NCBI GenBank assembly: GCA_963796105.1
Contig: CAWCKJ010000008.1
Location: forward strand, 64,001 to 128,000
Direction of reading: 5' to 3'
DNA length: 64,000 nucleotides
Origin: a candidate division FCPU426 bacterium
GTDB lineage: Bacteria > Oederibacteriota > Muellerivitia > Muellerivitales > Muellerivitaceae
Positions 17,525 to 27,018 of the stretch are shown in pieces; position 1 is the first letter of the stretch; each line of letters starts with the position of its first letter. The notes under the pieces are model-generated. The model was not told where the DNA came from and did not search any database. It worked only from the letters and a program-made list of their open reading frames with translations. A program made the translations under genes and the position numbers.

Positions 17525-18697
17525 GTGAAAGAAACAAAGCACCTTCATAGTTTTTGGCTCATTTCGCTTTTGGTTCCGCCGGTCCTGCTGGCGGCGTACG
17601 GATGCGGAACGGTTCAGCGGAAAACCGAAGCGCCAGCGCCGCTTCCCACGCCCCCAACCGTGACCTTTTCATTCGTGGGGGACGTGCTCCTGGATCATTG
17701 GCCGATCTCGAGAATTTATGAGGGTCTCCGGGAGAAAAACGGATGGGAGGGGGTTTATTCCTATCCCTTCGCGAAGGTCAAACCTTGTTTTGAGGGGATC
17801 GTGTTTTGCAACCTCGAGGGGCCCTTGACGGACCGGGGACCCAGGAGGTTCGCGGACAAGAACGAAAAGTCCTATTTCTCGGTGGATTCCCGTTTCGCCG
17901 AAAGCCTGAAAAAAGGGGGCGTCAACGTCGTGTCGCTTTCCAACAACCACATCAAGGACTGCGGGGAGGAAGGTGTCCTGGACAGTATCCGCAACGTGAC
18001 CGCCGCTGGAATCGCGCCGGTGGGGGCTGGAGCCAACGCCAAGGAAGCCCGCAAACCGGTCATGCTGGAACAAAACGGGTTGAAAATAGCCTTTCTCTCC
18101 TACGATCTAGTCAAACCCAAAAGCGTATGGGCCGGTGGGAAAACCCCCGGCGCGGCCCACGCGGACGCGGCGGGGGTGGCGTCCGATGTCGCGGCAGCCC
18201 GCAAAACCGCCGACCTTGTCGTGGTGAATTTCCATTGGGGGATCGAGTACCGGTCCGACTGGATCGCGGCTCCCCCCAGCGAGGACCGCGTCAAGATAGC
18301 CCACGCCGCCATTGACGCTGGGGCGCAGATCGTGGTGGGGGAGCATTCCCATACCGTTGAGAAAATCGAGACCTACAAGCACGGCTTGATCGCCTATGGG
18401 TTGGGGAACTTCGTTTTCGCGGCGGCCACGCGCGAGGGCCACCCGGTAAGCATGATCCTGAAGGTGCGGGCTGGCACCAAGGGCGTGGTTTCCTGCCAGG
18501 CGGTTCCAGTCCTGATTTCACCGCGTAAAACCCGCTACCAGCCTGTCCCGCTGGAGGGGAAAGATCTGGAGGAATTCGCCGGAAAACTGGGAATGATTTC
18601 CGGGATCAAAACCACCGTCAAGACAAACCTTCAACAACAAGATTCGGCCGCATCCACTCAAACGCCCTCGGCTTTCTTGGAAAAAAATCCGGAATAA
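17525..18697 (+). CDS. CapA family metallophosphatase lipoprotein
   Basis: Lipobox-like LLAAYGC; FVGDV, NLEGP, SNNH, HWGIEY, GEHSH, YGLGNF. Confidence 0.9.
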   Translation: MKETKHLHSFWLISLLVPPVLLAAYGCGTVQRKTEAPAPLPTPPTVTFSFVGDVLLDHWPISRIYEGLREKNGWEGVYSYPFAKVKPCFEGIVFCNLEGPLTDRGPRRFADKNEKSYFSVDSRFAESLKKGGVNVVSLSNNHIKDCGEEGVLDSIRNVTAAGIAPVGAGANAKEARKPVMLEQNGLKIAFLSYDLVKPKSVWAGGKTPGAAHADAAGVASDVAAARKTADLVVVNFHWGIEYRSDWIAAPPSEDRVKIAHAAIDAGAQIVVGEHSHTVEKIETYKHGLIAYGLGNFVFAAATREGHPVSMILKVRAGTKGVVSCQAVPVLISPRKTRYQPVPLEGKDLEEFAGKLGMISGIKTTVKTNLQQQDSAASTQTPSAFLEKNPE

Positions 18698-18729
18698 TAA
18701 ATCTTACTAGCCTATCGATTACTAATTAG

Positions 18730-19866
18730 TCATCTTGGCGGAAAATAAAAATCCAGTATTTTTTCCCAGCTCCAGCCCATTTGGGCCAGCTTCAAGGCTC
18801 CGGATTGGCAAAGCCCGACGCCGTGGCCTAGACCCCTGCCGGAAAAATGGAAGGTATCGCCTTCGCGTTTGATCTCGAATAAATCGCTTGGGAAGACCCG
18901 CCAGCCGTATTGCTTGCCGAACTCGGATTCGAAATGGACGGCGTTTTCCCGGATTTCCTTGATCTCCCCATCCGGCAATTGGAATCGCGCCGAAAGAATC
19001 TTGTTGCGGCCATGATTGGTTTTTTCCCCAACCCTGAGGATTCTCAGGATGGCTCCGGAGGGGAGCCGCGCCATGCTTCTCAGGATTGTCTCGACGTTTT
19101 TCACATCCGTGGAGGATGTCCAATGGAACAAGGGGTCGTCCTGGCAGAGAATCCTTCCTTCCCACTCGTCCGGTTCAGTCCGGCTGGGGGAGGGTTCTCC
19201 TCCCCAGAGTTGATCGGACGACTCCAATACCCCGCCACAGCAGCGATGGAAATAAATGGATTTTAAATCCCATGCCGGTGGAAAACTGAATGACGCGCCC
19301 GCGTCCGCCATTCGCTTCCAAAAGCTGAAATGGTTTGGGAGTCCTTGGTAAACCTGGCAATGGGAAAGGTCGCAGAGATCGTAGGAGTCATGGCGGCGAC
19401 GGTGGGAAGAGGCGTAAGCGCGGATAATGACGGCCAGGGCCTTCAGGTATTCCGGCTGGGAAGAGTCGAAACCGGACTCGAATGCCGTGACGCATGCCGT
19501 GTAATCCCCGATGAAGACCTGGTTCAAGATGAGAAGTTCCGGGCCTTTTTCCCCGGCTTGGGCGGTGATGAGGATCGTTCCGGGATAACTCCTGGTCAGG
19601 TTAAAAGCCCTTATTTTAACGATGGAATCCGGCGATCCCCAGGAAGCCTCCTTTTGGGCTTTGCTGTTGACCGACAAATGACCCCGTGTTAATTTGATTT
19701 GGTTCCAAGTTCCCTTATCCTCGGGGGACTGCACTTCCAGTTCTTGAAGTTTTTGTTTTTCAAGGATACGCACCAATAGAAAGCCATTTTCTCCCTGGCC
19801 GGAATAAGCCGGAAAAGCCAGGAAAAGAAGAACGACGACTCCGCTGAAGAACCATTTTTGACTCAT
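18730..19866 (-). CDS. SpoIID/LytB domain protein
   Basis: EYLKALAVIIRAYA, DLCDLSHCQVYQG, FHRCCGG, GRGLGHGVGLCQSGA, ILDFYFP. Confidence 0.9.
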   Translation of the reverse strand: MSQKWFFSGVVVLLFLAFPAYSGQGENGFLLVRILEKQKLQELEVQSPEDKGTWNQIKLTRGHLSVNSKAQKEASWGSPDSIVKIRAFNLTRSYPGTILITAQAGEKGPELLILNQVFIGDYTACVTAFESGFDSSQPEYLKALAVIIRAYASSHRRRHDSYDLCDLSHCQVYQGLPNHFSFWKRMADAGASFSFPPAWDLKSIYFHRCCGGVLESSDQLWGGEPSPSRTEPDEWEGRILCQDDPLFHWTSSTDVKNVETILRSMARLPSGAILRILRVGEKTNHGRNKILSARFQLPDGEIKEIRENAVHFESEFGKQYGWRVFPSDLFEIKREGDTFHFSGRGLGHGVGLCQSGALKLAQMGWSWEKILDFYFPPR

Positions 19867-19910
19867 TTCGCCATTATATAAGCCGGTTTGTCCGTTCCGC
19901 GAGGTGCTTT

Positions 19911-22900
19911 ATGGCTTCCAAGAAAATATTAAACGCCTGGGTTGGAATCACCGTTTTTTTGGTCCTCGCCGCCGGTCTCCCCAACTGGATGAACCATCCC
20001 AATCTTGTCCTTTTTCTCCAGAATAAAAATATCTGGTTGTTCCTGCCGATGTTCCTGACGGTGGGCCTCTTGCGCAGGTTTTACCTTCAATATTCTTTCC
20101 GTCTCGTGGAGGGATTTTTCTTCGCTGTCGTCCTTTCCTTCCTGACCCCGAAGTTTTTCGACAAGGTTCCAGCCAGTAATTCTCACTTGAAGATCGTCTG
20201 GTTGACAGCCCTGGCCTTGTTGGCTTATTCCACCATTCTTCTCGGATGGGAAATGGTTCGGGATGACCTGAAAAAATTCCCGTCGCTCGAAAAATTCCAC
20301 TCCAACGTTCTTCCGCCGGTATTCGCGGCCGCGGCCCTGGCGGTTTGCCCCATGGGACTTCCCCCCGTTTATTGGATTCCCCTCATTTTCTGGGGCGTCA
20401 CTCCCGTTCTGCGTCGGTTCTTATTGCGCCGGGACCCGGAAATCCTCAAGGCTTTTGTCCTGTATTACCTCACGGATTGGATCTACCGCAATTGGCCAGA
20501 GATACCAGTTCTTGAGACGGTCAACGGCGTCCAGCGGTTCTATAAAGGATGGGGTCCTGTGGTTCTCCTGCACCACTTCCTTCTTTCGGCCATGGTTTTT
20601 CTCTTGTGGGAGAAGCTGAAGGAAGCCAAGACCAACCGTGGAAGGATATACCTTTTGCTGTTCGCCCTGGTGCCGATGATCCCATACGATTACTTTTTTC
20701 ACGCAGATTACGGATGGCCCCTCCAGATCCTGGCTTTGGGGCTGTTGTGGGGATGGAATCCCTGGCTGAAGCCCCACGGGAAGGAAGTTTTCCTGGGTCT
20801 GGGAACCCTTGCCGGTTTTCTTTACATCCAAAGCCAGACCGGATCATTGATCATTCCCATGGTCATCCTGGTCTTGACCGCTTTAACGGCGCAAGTCCGT
20901 TCCCAATACCTGAAATTGCCCCAAGCCTTCATCCGCGCTCTCGTCCTCTACACCCTGGGCGGGTTGACGTTCCTCATGAACCCTTTTTATTCCCCGTATT
21001 TTTTCGCGAGAAACAATTGGCTCCTGGCGCTGCACCTTATCCTTTCCGGCCTGTTCCTGGTGTTCTGGGAAAAGACGCGGGAACAGAAGCACCGCAACCT
21101 CCGGGCTTGGATATGGATCTACGCCCTTCTCCCCATCCCATTCGCCCTTCTCAAGAAAAACCCGGCCTGGGCCCTTCAGGTTTTGATCATTTACCTGACG
21201 CGTCTCTATGAGGCTTACGGCATATCGGAAAAACTCGCGAATGGGGGGATGCCGAACCTGGACTGGCGGGCCAAGTGGAAAATCCTGCGTCAAAGCCCCC
21301 ATTTCCAGAAGACCGCCCGCTTCCTGAAACAGAAGGGAGTCAAGGGCGGGGAGGGCCTGGTGAAAATGGCCAAAAAACCCATGGCCCGGAGGACCGTGCT
21401 GGTCTTGGGCGGGTTGCTGGGGGTCTGGCTGATTTACCTTTTCGTTTACAACACATTCACCACCCACATCATCAGCTTCACTCCCAGGGGACTTGTCACT
21501 TCCGTCAATACGGTCATCCGGGTGAAATTCTCCGGCGACGTCCAGGTCACCAGCGCCTTGGACTCCGCCTTCCAGATCGATCCCCCCCTGCCGGGAACCA
21601 CCAGGCTGGAGGATTCCACCACCCTGGTTTTCACCCCCGCCGCCCCCCTGAAGCCCGCCACTACCTACCAGGTGCGCTTGAACGTCTCGGATAAACTTTC
21701 CTCGAAACAGTTTTTCCTCGAAAAACACGCCAATACGACCTTCTCAACCGAAGCCATGAAGGTAGTCTCCAGCAGGCTTTTCTATACCTACGACCTCGTC
21801 AAGGGGACGGAAAAGGAGCTGGTGGGCGAGATTGAGTTCAACTATCCAGTGGACATGAACCTGCTCAAGCAAAGCCTCGCGGTCTCTCGCGCGGGAAGCT
21901 CCTTGAACTATGAGCTGGAGCAGGGAACCCTCCCCACGAGGTTTTTCTTCAAGGCGGGGGGGCTGGTGCGGGAAACCGAGCCACAGGTCCTGACCGTGAC
22001 CGTGGCGGCCGGGCTTTCCTGCGTGGATTGCGGCAAACCCCTGGCCGAGAAGTACCAAAACACCATCAGTCTTCCCGCCAAGCCCAAGATGCTGGTGGAC
22101 GCCATCAAACTGCACCATGTGCCGGGAAACACCCTAATCTCCATCCTCTTCACGCTCCCGGCCTCCTCCGGCCAGGTGCGCAACAACGTGAGCATCGCCC
22201 CAGCGATCCCCTTCAAGGTGGACACGGAATACTGCTACGCGGTCTTGAAGGCGGATTTCCAGCCCAACATCGACTACACCATCCACGTGAATGCGGGGCT
22301 TCGCGCCATCTCCGGGGAAATCCTGGAGCATCCCAGCGACCAGAACATCCGGCTGGAGGACATCCAGCCTTACGTGCGTTTCGGCGACAACGGCCGGTTG
22401 ATCCCCCTGGAGGGAGGCAAGATCGTCTCGGTCAAGACCATGAACCTGGACAACTATTCGGTCAGTGTGGAGAAGGTGTTCCGCAACAACATCGTGGATT
22501 TCCTGAAAAACTGGCGGAGCTATCCGAATTATTCCTACCGCCATTCCTATCGCCGCATGGCCCAACGCCGCGCTTTTTTCCAGCGGCGGCAGCAGCAGGA
22601 TGAGGACGAGGATGAGGAAGGGGACGAGCCGGAAGAGAACAACTACCAGTCCGACTCCGGCTCAACCGCAGGGTTGGGCGCCCATGTCTGGGGCGGGAGC
22701 GTGAGGGTGAACGGGGGGCAGATCAACCAGGAAACCGAAACGGACTTGGATTTCAGCCAGTGGCACAGCCAGCCCTATAAGGGTCTTTTTGTGGTCTCCC
22801 TGAACGGGGCCAACGGCGGAGGGAGGGACTCCCGGTCCTTCCTTTGCACCGACCTGGGCATGATGCTGAAGCACTCGGGGGACGACCTTTTGGTTCAGGT

Positions 22901-25900
22901 GCTTTCCATCTCCAGGCTCACCCCGGCGGCCGGGGTGAAGTTACAGCTGATCTCTGACACCAACCAGGTTATCCAGGAGAAGGAAACGGACCTGGAGGGG
23001 AGGGTCTGGTTCAAGGATTGGAAGAACAATCCCTACCGTTTTAATCCCTTTGTGGTCGTGGCCCAGATGGGGGACGACTGGTCCTTCCTGCGCCTGGACC
23101 AGGCGCCCGTGAACCAGTCCCGGTTCGACGTGAGCGGGGATCCCTTCCAGTCCACGGGATGGGATGCCTTCCTGACTTCCGACCGGGGCCTTTACCGGCC
23201 CGGGGACAAGGCCAATTTCACGGCGGTGGTGAGGCGCGCGGACCTGGATATCCCCGAGGACCTTCCAGTGAACCTCGTCCTCAAGGATGAAAACGGGAAC
23301 CAGGTGGCCAAACTCACGGCCAAACTCAAGGATTACGGCATGGCGACTTTCAATTTCCCCATCAAGGAGGACATCACCACCGGCATGCTGAACGCCGAGC
23401 TGGGCCTGGAGAACGGGGTCCACCTGGCGAGCACCTCCATCAAGGTGGAGGAATTCATCCCCAACAAGATCAAGGTCGAGGTGCGTCCCGCCAAGAAAAC
23501 CGCCAATCCCGGGGAACAGCTCTCCTTCCGGGTAGCGGCGCGCCAGCTTTTCGGGGCGCCGGGAGTGAACCTGAAGGTTCGAACCGCCGTCCAATTGAGC
23601 CCCGTGGAATTCATCGACAAGAAGTGGAAAAGCTACCATTTCTCCGACCCCACCCGCCAGTTCACGGGGGAGAGCCTGAAGGTCCCGGACGGCTCGACCG
23701 ACGCGGCGGGCAACTTTGACGTGCAATTACCCGTGCCCATCTCCATGCTTCCGCCCTCCATGCTCCAAGCGGAGGTCTACGCCGAGGTCATGGACACGGG
23801 CGGAAGGCCTGTCGGGGCCAACGCCTCCATCCGGGTCCACCGCTATCCCTATTACCTGGGCCTCAAATGCGAGGAGGGAAAGGAAGTCGCGCCCAATAAA
23901 GAGGTCCACATCAAGTACGTGGCCATCACCCCCGACGGCGACCCGACCAAGGTGGAGAAAGCCGTCCTGCTCGTCAAGCGCAAGGTCTGGTATTCCATTT
24001 TCAGGCGTAGCGGATGGTCCGGACGGGGGTACGAGTCGGCTTATTACGAGCAGGTGGTGGACGGCAAGGAAATCGACGTGAACGGGAAAGGCTCCTACAA
24101 TTTCACGCCGGACAAGCCGGGCGAATACACCATCTACCTGGGCAACGAGGAGTCCATGCGCAGCTCCATCATGGTGGCGGTTTCCGGCCCGGAGGAAAAA
24201 GAGGAGAGCCAGCAGGAATCCGCCGACTTGGGCGAGCCGGACAAACTGTCCCTCAACTTCGACAAGACCCAGTACCAGGCGGGCGAGATCCCCAAATTGG
24301 AAGTGCGCGCGCCTTTCGCCGGGAGGCTGATCCTTTCCATCGAGCGGGAAAGGGTCTTTTACACCTCCACGGTGCCGGTCGCGGCGGGCCTTAACGTGCT
24401 GAGCCTGCCCCCGGTCGAGACCGCCTATATGCCCAACGCCTACGTGGTCGGCCTTCTAGTTCGCAAACCCACGGAGGAACTAAGGACCATGCCGATGGCC
24501 TCCTTCGGGATCGCGACCCTGGCGATGGACACCTCCAGCCATGAGATCGACTTCAAGTGGGAAGCCCCTGAGTCCGTGAAGTCCAGGGATGGAATCGATG
24601 TGGACCTGTCCACCGGCACGCCGGGGGCCAGCGTGGTCCTGGCCGCCGTGGACGAGGGAATCCTCCAGATCATCGCCTTCACCACGCCGGACCCCTTCAA
24701 GTATTTCTACCGCAAGCGGGGACTGACGACCTCCACCTTGAGCCTGTTTGATGAAATCCTTCCCGACCTGGACAGAAAGGACGCGGTGGGAGGGGACGAG
24801 GGAGAATCCTTCCAATTCCGGCACTTGAACCCAATCGAGGCCAAAAGGGTGGAGTCCTACGCGAAATTCTCGGGAATCCTCACGGCCGACAAAGAAGGAA
24901 AGGTCGCCTACCACTTCCCGACGGACAAGTTCCACGGGGAAGTAAGGGTCATGGCCCTGGGAGTCCAGGGGAATAAATTCGGCGCCTCCGCCTTCCACGT
25001 GAAGGTGGCTGACCCGGTGGTGGTGGAGCCCTCCTTGCCCAGGTTCCTCGCTCCGGGGGACCATATTGACGTGCCGGTCCTAGTCTATAACAACATGAAG
25101 AAGGCCCAGAAGATCAAGGTGAGCCTCTCCGCCAGCGGCCCGGTCGCAGTCGCCGGGGAGAAAGAACAGGATTTAAGCCTGGGCGAGGAGGGGCAGAAAC
25201 AGATCCTGTTCCACGCCAAGGCCCAAATGGACGCGGGCGTGGCCCATTTCAAGGTGACCGCCACAGATGAGGATGGGAACAATTTCGACGTGGAAACCGA
25301 GCTGGCTGTGAGGCCTGGCAACCCCTTGACGACCCAAATCAGCTTCGGCCGGCTGGGGGCAGGGGGCACCCAGCCCCTGTCGGTGCCAGGGGGTTTCATC
25401 AGCCAGGGACAGAAGGTCCGAATGACGGTTTCGTCCAGCCCCTTGCTGACCTTCCTGGGAAGCATGGATTACCTCATTCACTATCCCTACGGCTGCGCCG
25501 AGCAGAGGACCTCCCAGGCCTTCCCCCTGCTTTTCTTCAAGGATATGGGACTTTTGACCGGGCGCTTCAGCGGGAGGGCCAACGCGGTGGAAATATACGT
25601 GCAGGACGCCATCGACGACCTGGGCAAGATGCAGCTGTCCGACGGGGACTTCGCGCTCTGGCCAGGCCAGGAGGAAGCCGGCGGGGATTACCTTTCCAAT
25701 TACGTCTCGGAATTCCTGCTCACGGCGAAGAAGCTGGGCTACCAGGTCAACCAGGATGTCCTGGACAGGATCATGAACCGGCTGGGGGCCATCAAGGTCA
25801 CAGGCAAGGGCGAGGGACGGCTGGACCGGCGCAAGCAAAACGTGGAGATCGCGGACAGCGCCTACGTGCTTTACCTGAAGGTCCTGGCAGACCGGCCGGA

Positions 25901-26897
25901 CCCGGAATCCATGGCCGCCATGAAGGACCAGATGCAGGACCCGAAAGCACGCAGTTTGAGCGACCGCTGTTACCTCTCCCGGGCCTATTCCGCCCAGGGG
26001 GACCGCACGACCGCCCTATCCCTGCTTCCCGCGCATTACCTTCCCACCAGTTTGGCCCGGCTGATGAACGGGGATTGGTTCTCGCCCAACCGGGAAATGG
26101 CGCTTTACCTATTGGCCATGACCGAGGCGGACCCCCAGAACCCCGAGATCCCGAAACTCATCATCGAGTTCGGCAAGAAGCTGAAGGAATTCGGCCACGG
26201 CTGGTACGGCACGACCCAGGAGGACGCTTTCTGCTTCATGGCCATCGGTAAGGCGGTCAGGGCTACCACCCAGAGCTACCCCTTGAGCGCGCAATGGGCC
26301 GTGAAGGGGGAGGCCCCCGCCGAATTGACCGGGGAGACGGCGGTGGTGAAGGATGAAAAAATCTCGGGTAAGGAGGTGGACCTGAGGAATACCGGCGACC
26401 GGGACCTTTATTACCACCTCATGGCTGAGGGAACCAAGTTGAAATCGGAGAAGGAATCGGTGGCGAACGGCCTGACCGTCAGCCGCGAGTACCGGGACGA
26501 GAGCGGAAATACCCTGAACCTGGGTTCGATCTCCCAGGGACAATTGGTGGTGGTGACCCTGCGCGTGAAGTGCTCCAGGCCCCTGGACAACCTGGTGGTG
26601 GTGGACCTATTGCCGGCGGGGTTCGAGGTGGATAATCCGCGGCTTTCCTCGCGGGGCAACCTTTCTTTCGAACCGGAATGCAGTTTCGCGCCGGTCTTCC
26701 AGGATTTCAGGGACGACCGGGTGCTCCTCTTCTCGAAGGACGTGGAGGGGGACCAGAGTTTCTCCTATAGCGTCAGGGCGGTCACGCCCGGTTCCTTCCA
26801 GGTTCCCGGACTGGAGGCCGAGGCCATGTACGACCCCGAAGTCTACGGGCGCTCCAACGAGGGCCAAACGCTGAATATCGCCCCGGCAAAGTATTAA
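19911..26897 (+). CDS. Bacterial alpha-2-macroglobulin with N-terminal polytopic membrane domain
   Basis: DRGLYRPGD, VEEFIP, LAAVDEGIL, LPRFLAPGD, thioester YPYGCAEQ, YGTTQE, DLLPAGFE, RAVTPG, EAMYDP; directly upstream of pbpC. Confidence 0.95.
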   Translation: MASKKILNAWVGITVFLVLAAGLPNWMNHPNLVLFLQNKNIWLFLPMFLTVGLLRRFYLQYSFRLVEGFFFAVVLSFLTPKFFDKVPASNSHLKIVWLTALALLAYSTILLGWEMVRDDLKKFPSLEKFHSNVLPPVFAAAALAVCPMGLPPVYWIPLIFWGVTPVLRRFLLRRDPEILKAFVLYYLTDWIYRNWPEIPVLETVNGVQRFYKGWGPVVLLHHFLLSAMVFLLWEKLKEAKTNRGRIYLLLFALVPMIPYDYFFHADYGWPLQILALGLLWGWNPWLKPHGKEVFLGLGTLAGFLYIQSQTGSLIIPMVILVLTALTAQVRSQYLKLPQAFIRALVLYTLGGLTFLMNPFYSPYFFARNNWLLALHLILSGLFLVFWEKTREQKHRNLRAWIWIYALLPIPFALLKKNPAWALQVLIIYLTRLYEAYGISEKLANGGMPNLDWRAKWKILRQSPHFQKTARFLKQKGVKGGEGLVKMAKKPMARRTVLVLGGLLGVWLIYLFVYNTFTTHIISFTPRGLVTSVNTVIRVKFSGDVQVTSALDSAFQIDPPLPGTTRLEDSTTLVFTPAAPLKPATTYQVRLNVSDKLSSKQFFLEKHANTTFSTEAMKVVSSRLFYTYDLVKGTEKELVGEIEFNYPVDMNLLKQSLAVSRAGSSLNYELEQGTLPTRFFFKAGGLVRETEPQVLTVTVAAGLSCVDCGKPLAEKYQNTISLPAKPKMLVDAIKLHHVPGNTLISILFTLPASSGQVRNNVSIAPAIPFKVDTEYCYAVLKADFQPNIDYTIHVNAGLRAISGEILEHPSDQNIRLEDIQPYVRFGDNGRLIPLEGGKIVSVKTMNLDNYSVSVEKVFRNNIVDFLKNWRSYPNYSYRHSYRRMAQRRAFFQRRQQQDEDEDEEGDEPEENNYQSDSGSTAGLGAHVWGGSVRVNGGQINQETETDLDFSQWHSQPYKGLFVVSLNGANGGGRDSRSFLCTDLGMMLKHSGDDLLVQVLSISRLTPAAGVKLQLISDTNQVIQEKETDLEGRVWFKDWKNNPYRFNPFVVVAQMGDDWSFLRLDQAPVNQSRFDVSGDPFQSTGWDAFLTSDRGLYRPGDKANFTAVVRRADLDIPEDLPVNLVLKDENGNQVAKLTAKLKDYGMATFNFPIKEDITTGMLNAELGLENGVHLASTSIKVEEFIPNKIKVEVRPAKKTANPGEQLSFRVAARQLFGAPGVNLKVRTAVQLSPVEFIDKKWKSYHFSDPTRQFTGESLKVPDGSTDAAGNFDVQLPVPISMLPPSMLQAEVYAEVMDTGGRPVGANASIRVHRYPYYLGLKCEEGKEVAPNKEVHIKYVAITPDGDPTKVEKAVLLVKRKVWYSIFRRSGWSGRGYESAYYEQVVDGKEIDVNGKGSYNFTPDKPGEYTIYLGNEESMRSSIMVAVSGPEEKEESQQESADLGEPDKLSLNFDKTQYQAGEIPKLEVRAPFAGRLILSIERERVFYTSTVPVAAGLNVLSLPPVETAYMPNAYVVGLLVRKPTEELRTMPMASFGIATLAMDTSSHEIDFKWEAPESVKSRDGIDVDLSTGTPGASVVLAAVDEGILQIIAFTTPDPFKYFYRKRGLTTSTLSLFDEILPDLDRKDAVGGDEGESFQFRHLNPIEAKRVESYAKFSGILTADKEGKVAYHFPTDKFHGEVRVMALGVQGNKFGASAFHVKVADPVVVEPSLPRFLAPGDHIDVPVLVYNNMKKAQKIKVSLSASGPVAVAGEKEQDLSLGEEGQKQILFHAKAQMDAGVAHFKVTATDEDGNNFDVETELAVRPGNPLTTQISFGRLGAGGTQPLSVPGGFISQGQKVRMTVSSSPLLTFLGSMDYLIHYPYGCAEQRTSQAFPLLFFKDMGLLTGRFSGRANAVEIYVQDAIDDLGKMQLSDGDFALWPGQEEAGGDYLSNYVSEFLLTAKKLGYQVNQDVLDRIMNRLGAIKVTGKGEGRLDRRKQNVEIADSAYVLYLKVLADRPDPESMAAMKDQMQDPKARSLSDRCYLSRAYSAQGDRTTALSLLPAHYLPTSLARLMNGDWFSPNREMALYLLAMTEADPQNPEIPKLIIEFGKKLKEFGHGWYGTTQEDAFCFMAIGKAVRATTQSYPLSAQWAVKGEAPAELTGETAVVKDEKISGKEVDLRNTGDRDLYYHLMAEGTKLKSEKESVANGLTVSREYRDESGNTLNLGSISQGQLVVVTLRVKCSRPLDNLVVVDLLPAGFEVDNPRLSSRGNLSFEPECSFAPVFQDFRDDRVLLFSKDVEGDQSFSYSVRAVTPGSFQVPGLEAEAMYDPEVYGRSNEGQTLNIAPAKY

Positions 26898-27018
26898 TTC
26901 CGCATCGAAAACTCGAAGTGGAATGCGATTAACGAATAAATTGCGATTCCTTTGGAAAACCCTATGGGGTAAATCCCCGACTAAAAAAAGATAGCCTGCC
27001 CCTGGAAAAAACGCTGTA

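Noticed and set aside
26897..26935. Hairpin between A2M and pbpC as terminator or repeat element
   Set aside because: Imperfect stem, no U-tract and no second copy in the window.
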